Origin: Nostoc sp.
GTDB lineage: Bacteria; Cyanobacteriota; Cyanobacteriia; Cyanobacteriales; Nostocaceae
Direction of reading: 5' to 3'
Assembly (NCBI GenBank): GCA_036918135.1
Contig: JBALDB010000039.1
Coordinates: 64,001-128,000, forward strand
Length of the DNA: 64,000 nucleotides
Made by a program: the position numbers and the translations under genes. Below are positions 55,973 to 64,000 of the stretch, piece by piece (within the stretch, counting starts at the first letter, position 1; every line of letters starts with the position of its first letter). Under the pieces are notes generated by a model. The model ran no database searches, was not told the origin of the DNA, and saw only the letters and a program-made list of their open reading frames with translations.

Positions 55973-58915
55973 TTATAGCTTTTGCCGCATCATCAGTTGA
56001 GCAAATAGCCCTTGCTGATTGGCTAGTCGCTCAAAATTGCCCTGCTGTACAACCCGACCATCCTGAAGCACATAGATACGGTCGGCATTGTGGATTGTAC
56101 TGAGACGGTGAGCAATGACTATGCGCGTCACTTTTAGGCGGTCAAGGCTTTGACTAACAATAGCCTGGGTTTTATTATCTAAGGCACTGGTAGCTTCATC
56201 AAACAGTAAAATTCGTGGTTTTAATACCAACGCCCTAGCTATTAACAGCCTTTGCCGTTGTCCGCCAGAAATATTACCACCTCCTTCACTGACAACAGTG
56301 TGCATACCCATTGGCATAGCTTGGATATCATCTGCTAAACCCGCCATCCGGGCGGCTTCCCATGCTTCATCAATTGTGACTAAAGCACCACTGGCAATGT
56401 TTTCAAAGATAGAAGCTGACATTAATCGGCTATTTTGTAAGACAACACCCATCTGTCGGCGCAGAGCATGAATATCCAGTCCTGTCAACTCCTGTCCATC
56501 ATAGTAAATACTACCAGATTCCGGAGTCTCAAATCCCAGCAATAAACGAAACAAAGTTGATTTCCCACTCCCAGAAGTCCCCACCAGAGCAATGAATTCC
56601 CCAGGTTCAGCCCGAATAGTCACATCATCTAAGATTAAGGGTCTATCATCGTGGTAACGAAATGCCACATGGTCTACAACAACTCTGCCCGATAACCTGC
56701 CAGGATCTGCTTTACTATTATTAACTTCTGGTTCGGCTTGCAAAATTGGCTGGGCACGCTTCCACAAAGGTACGATTTTCAGAACATCGACAACGGTTGT
56801 ACTCAAGCTGGTTGCACCGCTAATAAAGGTACCAAAAGCAGAGTTGAACGCCAGGAAAGTACCAATGGATAGTGCTTGAGTTCCCGTTTGCTGACTCTGC
56901 TGTAGTAATGTGGCAGTAAACCAGAAAAGCACGCAAGACGTGAGTATGGGCAAGACTTTATTGCAGACGTTGAGAACATCTTCGATAGCTTGGGTACTCA
57001 ACACTAATTTTATTTGCTGGCTATACTGTTTACCCCAGTAAGCAAAAGCGCGTTCTTCAGCTGCTGCGACTCGCAATTTAGCAACCCCGTTGATTAACTG
57101 CACCATCACGCCAAAGATTTGTCCTTGTTGCTCCAATAAGGGACGAACCTTACGAAGGGTGAGCATACCAGAGAAAAAAGTCAGGGCAATATTTACAACA
57201 GCTGCAATAATAGCGATCAAGGTTAACGAACTGTTGTAGTAAATTAGCAATCCCAAGTTTAAGAAGGCAAACACGCCAGAGAAAATACTTTTGAGAACTG
57301 TGCCGCTCAATTGGGAGCGGATCTCGCTGATGCTAGAAACTCTAGATTCTAAGTCACCGATAGAATACTGATTAAAAAAAGATACACTTAGCTTTAACAG
57401 CCTGTCCCACACCGCAGTTTGAGTGGATGAGTCGGCAAAAGTTTCTAATCTCATCAGGGCAAGCCCTTGAGCTAGTTGAAAAATTGTACCTCCAAAAGCT
57501 GTTGCACAAAGACCTAAAGCAATTTGTAACAATAGTCCCCGGTTGGCATCTGGAACGGCGTTATCTATGAGAATAGCGGTGGCTTGGGGCGTTACCATCC
57601 CTAATAAAGAAACAGCGATCGCGCTTAACAGGATGATAATTAAATCCTTATAATGACCCTGTAGTGCAAATAGAAGTATATCCCAGGTTTTGAGGTCTTT
57701 ATCGGGCAAAGGTCGATAAAATACATAGGCAGTGGTGGAGAGCGTAGCAGCGCTTTGCTCATCTACAAAAGTGCGAGTCTGCTTGAGCGGATCGAAAATC
57801 TCATAGCTATTGCCCCTTGCGCCGCTCTTAACTGGTAACAGAGCCACCGGACTCTCGTCTTCTAAAGTGTATCCCAGCATCGGGCCGCAGTCACTTTTCC
57901 ACCAGTTGCCGATTAGATGCAAGCGACGTATCCGAATTCGTGAAGCACGGGCGATCGCATCTATTGGGTGTTTAAGGCGTTTGAGGTCTTCTGACTGAGC
58001 TGGAGGGCGAATCGCAATACCTAAAGCACGTCCGACTGCTCCTGCTGCAACTAACAAAGCTTGGTCTGAGGAATTACTGCCATGCATCATCTGTAAAGAA
58101 GTGGCTGTTTGCCTCTGTTGCACCACAGATGACAGTTCTTCCAACGTTTCATTCATAACCTGACGCTTCAGGTGTTCTCTTTGCCGACACCTCTGAATTT
58201 CTTGCTGGATTTCTTGCTCACAAAGCAAGTTAATCATTTGTAGAAAATTCATTTGCAGTTGAGCCAGACTAACCATTAAAGTGTCTGCTTCTTGAATCTC
58301 TTCGGTACGAAAACTTTCTAGTTCTAATATGCCCTGTGCCTGCAACCAGATATCAGCACTCAAAGGTAACAAACCAGACGCAGAGTCAAAAATTAGTTCG
58401 GCAAATCCCATCAAATTGGCATAACCATGTTGAATTCGTACCCAAGATACGCTACCTTGTTCTGGTCGGAATATCTCGCCATTAGCTAAGAAGAACTGGG
58501 TTCCCGGCTTTGGAACCTTGAAGTTGCGATCGGGTTCGCGAGCCACAGCCGAACCCAGTTGATATATCCAACGCTCTAGCAAATCCACTGCATAGTCTTG
58601 TTTGTTTGCGAACATAGACTCAAAATCTTTGCGAGAGATTCTGAGCAGTTCTGTTTCCTCAAGCGACACTGCTAAAATTTGCAGCTGCTTGCTTTGAAAT
58701 GGTGCTATTGAAAACATCGCTTCTGCGGATTTGACATTAAATAGGTAACGCCGTTTTCCTTCTGAGCTACCATTGTTAACCGCAATGGCAAATAGTGACA
58801 TGGAACCCGATCGCACTACCCAAACTGTCTGCGGGTCATCTAATAGTAAAGGTTCATTACCTTTAAATCTATAGTATTCTCCTGACAAACCGGGAATTTT
58901 GTTTTCAATAAGCAT
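55973..58915 (-). CDS. NHLP/NHLM bacteriocin-type export ABC transporter, permease/ATPase subunit (peptidase-less)
   Basis: N-terminal cNMP-like region (LLLDDPQTVWVVRSG); IARASRIRIR..L..NWWKSDCGPMLG; YRPLP; TMD; GTSGSGKST, ISGGQRQR and FDEATSALD. Confidence 0.9.
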   Translation of the reverse strand: MLIENKIPGLSGEYYRFKGNEPLLLDDPQTVWVVRSGSMSLFAIAVNNGSSEGKRRYLFNVKSAEAMFSIAPFQSKQLQILAVSLEETELLRISRKDFESMFANKQDYAVDLLERWIYQLGSAVAREPDRNFKVPKPGTQFFLANGEIFRPEQGSVSWVRIQHGYANLMGFAELIFDSASGLLPLSADIWLQAQGILELESFRTEEIQEADTLMVSLAQLQMNFLQMINLLCEQEIQQEIQRCRQREHLKRQVMNETLEELSSVVQQRQTATSLQMMHGSNSSDQALLVAAGAVGRALGIAIRPPAQSEDLKRLKHPIDAIARASRIRIRRLHLIGNWWKSDCGPMLGYTLEDESPVALLPVKSGARGNSYEIFDPLKQTRTFVDEQSAATLSTTAYVFYRPLPDKDLKTWDILLFALQGHYKDLIIILLSAIAVSLLGMVTPQATAILIDNAVPDANRGLLLQIALGLCATAFGGTIFQLAQGLALMRLETFADSSTQTAVWDRLLKLSVSFFNQYSIGDLESRVSSISEIRSQLSGTVLKSIFSGVFAFLNLGLLIYYNSSLTLIAIIAAVVNIALTFFSGMLTLRKVRPLLEQQGQIFGVMVQLINGVAKLRVAAAEERAFAYWGKQYSQQIKLVLSTQAIEDVLNVCNKVLPILTSCVLFWFTATLLQQSQQTGTQALSIGTFLAFNSAFGTFISGATSLSTTVVDVLKIVPLWKRAQPILQAEPEVNNSKADPGRLSGRVVVDHVAFRYHDDRPLILDDVTIRAEPGEFIALVGTSGSGKSTLFRLLLGFETPESGSIYYDGQELTGLDIHALRRQMGVVLQNSRLMSASIFENIASGALVTIDEAWEAARMAGLADDIQAMPMGMHTVVSEGGGNISGGQRQRLLIARALVLKPRILLFDEATSALDNKTQAIVSQSLDRLKVTRIVIAHRLSTIHNADRIYVLQDGRVVQQGNFERLANQQGLFAQLMMRQKL

Positions 58916-59262
58916 ATTTATAACCTACTAAAAAGTTATGCAAAGATGTTTGTAAATGAATTTAAGACTATCTTTGTGTTGACTCTTTGATGTTGTTTGT
59001 ATGCCTTATTGGAAAAACCTGGGTTAATTTATGCAAATGTTGGTATTTGCTGGACAGTAAAAGACGATATTATACTCTCGGTGAGAGGTTAAAACAAAGC
59101 GCATTTTGTCAATCAGTTCGAGTTTATTGAAACGCAAAGGGGCACAGAGTTTATTTCGGTCTTTTCGCTACGTGTACTAAGCCTCCTATCCGTTGGTATA
59201 GTAAGGGTCTCAGGGTTTAAATCTGTTGTTGGATTTTAGAGAATTGGTATTAGACCTGTCGC

Positions 59263-60117
59263 TTAATGTAGTGGTTGAGTACAGCACTGTGTAATAGTTT
59301 CGCTGGCAACATTTTCCAAGCCAACAGACTTTAATAGGTCTTGCCAGTTAGAAGCTAGGGCGGTATCTTTTGGTTTAGCAAGACGGAGTTCGCTTAAAAG
59401 TGTCAAAGCGTCTTGCCAAATACCCGCTTGAGCATAAAGGGCGACACGTTCTTGTGGTGTTGCTGTCCCTAAGCGCCGGACTAAATCGCGGTTCGGCTCT
59501 ATTCGTTGGACTAATCCTTCAACAGCAATATCCTCAGATTCTTCAGAGGAGGTTTGTGATTTGCAATCAACTAAGAAGTACCAATGATAATACTTACCAA
59601 TCTCTAGTGGTTTCTCTGTTGTAGGAACGCGAACGCTAATGACTCCGGGCGTTCCCGACAAGTTAATTAACAGAGGCTCTTTGGTGACGGAATTATTGTT
59701 TTCATCTAATACTACAAACTTGACAACACTAATATCTTTAATTTGGTAAGGAACGTAAAACCAAAAGGTAGGATATTCAGCAGTTGTTAACCCCAAAGCA
59801 AATTTTGATGAGGATGTGTCTGTAGTTCTTAGTTGCTTTAGACTCAAATTTCTTGGTACCAAGGGTACTAATGCAGTTAGAGGTATGCTCGCATTTGGAC
59901 AATTACCACGCGTTCCTGCTCCTTGGCGATCGCTAGGCGCACCCCGGTTTTCTGGTTCTTTTTCTAAAGTTGGCTGAATAAAGCGGATTTTAGTATTATT
60001 CGAGTTATTGTTAGATGGTTGTTGAGATTGTGCAGGTTGTGTAAGACTAACTACAATAAAAGTAAAAGTAAACACTAATATTTGCGGAAATCGAAAATTT
60101 ATTTTATTCATAATCAA
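59263..60117 (-). CDS. DUF928 domain secreted protein
   Basis: Signal peptide; GAP..R.GAGTRG.C, LTALVP, PTFWFYVPY and YAQAGIWQDAL motifs. Confidence 0.92.
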   Translation of the reverse strand: MIMNKINFRFPQILVFTFTFIVVSLTQPAQSQQPSNNNSNNTKIRFIQPTLEKEPENRGAPSDRQGAGTRGNCPNASIPLTALVPLVPRNLSLKQLRTTDTSSSKFALGLTTAEYPTFWFYVPYQIKDISVVKFVVLDENNNSVTKEPLLINLSGTPGVISVRVPTTEKPLEIGKYYHWYFLVDCKSQTSSEESEDIAVEGLVQRIEPNRDLVRRLGTATPQERVALYAQAGIWQDALTLLSELRLAKPKDTALASNWQDLLKSVGLENVASETITQCCTQPLH

Positions 60118-60123
60118 GTTTAG

Positions 60124-62451
60124 TTAAGTATTTGGTTGATAAACTCTAGTAAAAAGACGAATTCCAAAAGCAGTAGTTATTAAGGCAAAAACAGTAGGAA
60201 CGAACGGCACCCAACCACCGAATAACAAGAGAATAAAACAGCATCCATATAAGGTAATCAGTGCAACGCCAATTATTACTGCTAGTTGCGATCGCGACCA
60301 ACGATACACAGCGATTATTCCTCCTACTAATGACCAGCCGCACAGCCAGAGAATTTCACCCCATACAGGCCAGACCCATAACAGTGGTCGGCGATCCATC
60401 ACAGTACTCAGAATCTGGCTAACCATATTGGCGTGAATTACTATACCTGGTACTTGTTGATAAGGCATAGTTTTTGTACTATAAGGCGTTAGGAAAGAAT
60501 CTTTAACACTGTCAGCATCAACACCGATTAGCACAATCCGATTTCTCACCCAGTCGGGATTCAACTGACCTTTAAGAACTTGTGCGAGAGTCACTTGTTG
60601 AGCAATCTCGCGTGAAGAGCGATAGTTGAGCAGTAATTGATGACCTCGCGCATCAAATTGTTGATAACCACCTGTAGGGATATCTATAGGTTTAAAGACA
60701 ACTTTGCCAAGTTGCAAATATCCTTCGTCGTTAATTTGGGATTGAATGCCCTCTTTTGCTAGATAGCGACTTGCAAGTTGCCAGCTTAAGGAGTAGCGTG
60801 TTTTACACAGGGATTCTGGGTCTGGAGTTACGGCTAATAGCTGACGCCGAACTACAAAGTCACTATCAAGCACAACATCACTAAAGCCGACGCGATCGCT
60901 TGAAATTTCTGGTGGGGGTGAAATACCAGGCGCTTGTGTTTTGCCTCCACTGAGTTTACAAATAGCAAAAAAGTTGTCACTTTGGTGCAGGCGAGTTGCT
61001 AAATCTTTATATTGAGGTTCTACTGTAAAATCGCGATAGAGATCTAAACCGATCGCTCTTGGTTGGTATAATTCCAATTTCTGCATCAGCTGTTGCAATA
61101 CCTCATCTGATAACGAGGATTTTTGCCGCTGCTTTTGGGCTTGAATGTCTGCTTCTGTGATTTTAACTATTAATAGGCGTTGGTCTGGGCCTTCATCTGG
61201 TCTCATCTGCATCATGGAATCGAAAGCCGACAATTCCCATTGCTGCATGATTCCTAGCGATCGCACTTGCAACACCAAGCCTGCGATCGCCATACTTGCC
61301 ACTAATGCTGTTTGCAGTTTCTGTTTTTTGAACCAAGGGAAAGATACCGCTTCTGTTTGCCCGCGTAAACCGTTCCATGTCAGCGGTTCTTCTGCTGGGT
61401 TCTGGTAAATCATTGGCAACCAAGAAGCAGTAGGAAATTCATCTTCTAGACCTTGTAACCTCTCTCGTGCGTAACGTGCTGCCAAATAGTAAGATTGACC
61501 GCCTGCGAAAGCTGAGAGGAAATTCTTTAAAAACTCTTGAGCAACAAAATCCGGCACATTCTCTCGCATGATAATTACTTCGGGAATGTGCAGATCGGCT
61601 AACTGCGATGCCAATCCCAAACCATCGCAGGAGTTAAAAATAGCAAGTTTTAAACCCTGTGCGATCGCATATTTCAAAGCATTTTTTAATTCCGGTATGG
61701 TTAAACTGCTGGTTTGGTTAATATGTATTAAACCTGTATCTTCTTGACTTTGACTATGCCCTGCAAAAAACAGAATATCCCAGCCTTGTTTATCCCATAA
61801 CCACTTATCTAATTCTTGGCGTGAAGGCTCTACCAAAAATACTGTTGATGCATTGGGCAATTTTTTTAGTAAAATTTGGTCTTTTTGGATATCAATTCCC
61901 GTACTATTACCCAATATCGCTAATATTCTAACTTGTCTACTATTTTTTTTTGGTAATACTTTAACTCGCTCATAAGTTGGAGGAGTTAAGGCTACTTCTG
62001 CTTTTTGGTAATCTTCAAAAAAATTCCATAGATGCCAAGGTAGTCGTCTTAGCAGGCGATCGCTTGTTTCAATAATCACCTGAAATTCTTCATCTAAAGT
62101 CAATCTGGCTCGTAATTGTTGGTCAATTTTGTGAAACGAATTTGAGTTCAGCCAACTATTAATTTGCTGATATAACTCCTGACAAACTTCAGTAAAATCA
62201 GTTTCACTAATATTAGTCAAACCAACTGGTTCCATTTCAATTAAAGCCCGACCATGAAATCGTTGTTGGAGTGCTTGATAGATTAATTGATAACGTTTAT
62301 AAAGTTCTGCAATTTCTGGGGCGGCGGGTAAACTACCTGTAAATTGCATCGGACGAGAGTTGTTAGTTTCCCACAGTTGTGCATTAACAACCGAGAAGCC
62401 ATCGCTTAAGTTACCTTTATCTAAATTTATAACAACTAACTTACCCATCAT
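60124..62451 (-). CDS. CHAT (caspase-like HetF-type) protease + CHASE2 sensor membrane protein
   Basis: RLPWHLW; FFAGHS and IFNSCDG (His/Cys dyad intact); TM; CHASE2 (AIGLDLYRD, VGFSDV..D.D..VRR, PGIVIHANM); three C-terminal TM helices. Confidence 0.93.
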   Translation of the reverse strand: MMGKLVVINLDKGNLSDGFSVVNAQLWETNNSRPMQFTGSLPAAPEIAELYKRYQLIYQALQQRFHGRALIEMEPVGLTNISETDFTEVCQELYQQINSWLNSNSFHKIDQQLRARLTLDEEFQVIIETSDRLLRRLPWHLWNFFEDYQKAEVALTPPTYERVKVLPKKNSRQVRILAILGNSTGIDIQKDQILLKKLPNASTVFLVEPSRQELDKWLWDKQGWDILFFAGHSQSQEDTGLIHINQTSSLTIPELKNALKYAIAQGLKLAIFNSCDGLGLASQLADLHIPEVIIMRENVPDFVAQEFLKNFLSAFAGGQSYYLAARYARERLQGLEDEFPTASWLPMIYQNPAEEPLTWNGLRGQTEAVSFPWFKKQKLQTALVASMAIAGLVLQVRSLGIMQQWELSAFDSMMQMRPDEGPDQRLLIVKITEADIQAQKQRQKSSLSDEVLQQLMQKLELYQPRAIGLDLYRDFTVEPQYKDLATRLHQSDNFFAICKLSGGKTQAPGISPPPEISSDRVGFSDVVLDSDFVVRRQLLAVTPDPESLCKTRYSLSWQLASRYLAKEGIQSQINDEGYLQLGKVVFKPIDIPTGGYQQFDARGHQLLLNYRSSREIAQQVTLAQVLKGQLNPDWVRNRIVLIGVDADSVKDSFLTPYSTKTMPYQQVPGIVIHANMVSQILSTVMDRRPLLWVWPVWGEILWLCGWSLVGGIIAVYRWSRSQLAVIIGVALITLYGCCFILLLFGGWVPFVPTVFALITTAFGIRLFTRVYQPNT

Positions 62452-62880
62452 TAATTACTAAAGTTTTTTATATAATATTAATATTACATTTTCTTGTAAA
62501 AACTTATCATCAAAATTTAGCTTTTGGCTTATTGATTTGATATTAATTTTATAAATTCACTTTTATAAGTATATTATTAGTTCTCACTTATTCTCTATTA
62601 AAAAATATATTTTTATAATTAATATTATCTTAAGCAAACTTAAGCGTAGCTGCTAGCAATTACGCAGATAAATGCAGTAATACATAGTTTTTAATAATAG
62701 TAGTATTGTATCATTTGGTCTATCGTTATGAATAAAAAATATAGACGAAGAAAGCACAACTTTACATTTCTTCAGGCTTATTTTGTCTTCGTAACTAAAT
62801 ACTAAAAAAAGATATTCAATGCAAAACAATTGAATACATTACTTCAGGCATTCGAGGACGTAGCAAAAAAGATGGATTTT

Positions 62881-63195
62881 ATACCAATTCTCTATGAAGC
62901 TTAATTATTTAGGACTTACACAAAATACCTCTCTAACTCTCATTACTCCGTGTACTTTGTGCCGCACCAGTTGCTTCAAGTCGGGGAACCCGCCCAACGC
63001 ACTGGCTTCTCTGTGGTAGCCTGCGGCAAGCCGCTATCGCGTCTACGATTCTTCCGTAATTTGTGCTTAATTCCTATTATTTTAGAACATGGCAAATTCT
63101 CTCAGAAAATCTCTGCGTCCCTTTGCGCTAACCTCCGTGTACCTTTGCGTTGAAAAAAATCTAGGATTTGGCGCAGCCTTACAAAGAAACGGTAT
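62881..63195. mobile_element. nested MITE stack
   Basis: Outer ends ATACCAATTCTCTATGAAGCT / GCAGCCTTACAAAGAAACGGTAT; inner ends TAGGACTTACACAAA (62910) / TGTGCTTAATTCCTA (63076); further small repeats inside. Confidence 0.65.
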
Positions 63196-63291
63196 TAATA
63201 TCCTTGAGTTTAACCAGGAAAAAGACCGCGTTCAGAAAAAATCAAAGCCGCGCTATAAAAGTGACTCACCCCCTCCCCTGCCTTCTACTTA

Positions 63292-64000
63292 TCAAACCAC
63301 AAAATCCTCTGTAATGCTAAAATCACCTAGAATCAATTGAATACTAAAGCTAGTTTCACGCACACATTTAAAACGATTTAGCGAAATATAGTAATCTTGA
63401 TTTCTAGATTCAACTACTTGTAAAGTCTCTCCTGAACTCGAAAGTACTAGTTTTAAATGGGGTAGCAAATACTTTTGATTACCAGTAGGATGTACTTGCA
63501 CTAAAACACTAGTTTTTGCCTCTGCTTCTTCAGTAAGAGCAACCAGCAGTGCTACAGTTTGTTCTCCTAATTGCATTCCCAAATCAATGAGTTTAACTCC
63601 ATTAACAACAGATACCTTAGAAGCATCAAAACTTCTAGTAGCAAATGCTAAATTTCCCAATTGTGGCGTATTTATTATCGTATCAATGGATTGCCAACCT
63701 ATCTCAAAAACTTTGTCAAACCATTGACTCAAATTTACTTGTATTTTGTTGGGTACAATGTCGGCAACAGGTGAAATCTCACTTTGCAATAAACCTAAAC
63801 GCTGATTGTAGAGTTGATGCCGCCATTGTTCGTTAGCAAGTAATGCTGCCCATTGGCTAAATGATACATCTGCATGTAAACGCGGTGAATAAATAGATGG
63901 ATTAGCTAAAGTTCGTAACAAATCTTGAGCTTCAGCTGCTGATAAAGTTGCTAAAAGTGGCACTTCTTCTCGAAAATTTAGTCCTAGTGTTGCCAACAGT
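63292..64000 (-). CDS. DUF1822 family protein (3' part; 5' end beyond window)
   Basis: PRL...FSQWAALL, VNLSQWF..VFEIGWQS, KLIDLGMQL and VQVHPTG..YL..LKL motifs. Confidence 0.88.
   Translation of the reverse strand, partial: LLATLGLNFREEVPLLATLSAAEAQDLLRTLANPSIYSPRLHADVSFSQWAALLANEQWRHQLYNQRLGLLQSEISPVADIVPNKIQVNLSQWFDKVFEIGWQSIDTIINTPQLGNLAFATRSFDASKVSVVNGVKLIDLGMQLGEQTVALLVALTEEAEAKTSVLVQVHPTGNQKYLLPHLKLVLSSSGETLQVVESRNQDYYISLNRFKCVRETSFSIQLILGDFSITEDFVV

Overview
64-kb chromosomal window from a heterocyst-forming cyanobacterium (Nostoc-like: many HIP1 GCGATCGC sites, STRR heptamers, small dispersed repeats and MITEs, psaC). Core genes: the recG 5' end, tsf, rpsB with its S2/t44-type leader, sppA, psaC and glmS. 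Metabolic loci: the 2-oxoglutarate decarboxylase/SSADH TCA shunt pair, a CBM20 alpha-amylase/CGTase, and a complete guanidine-I-riboswitch-controlled guanidine hydrolase operon (gdmH, ghaA/ghaB-type Ni chaperones, ABC importer) with an upstream NtcA-like box. Accessory regions are rich in putative conflict and signalling modules. (i) A pair of STAND-like ATPases, one with an eroded N-terminal HTH, with an antitoxin remnant between them. (ii) An orthocaspase-STAND-TM-14xWD40 NLR-like gene with hypervariable repeats and an in-frame nested repeat insertion, divergent from a small protein plus a CorA-like 2-TM protein. (iii) A DUF1822 / CHAT-CHASE2 / DUF928 module followed by an orphan NHLP-type ABC exporter and two diverged EF-hand mini-proteins with near-identical upstream blocks. 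Unannotated remnants read from the DNA include an IS1 end truncating a LuxR gene and a FadL 3' fragment. No CRISPR array, tRNA or rRNA was seen. All family assignments come from motif recognition by eye, not database searches.
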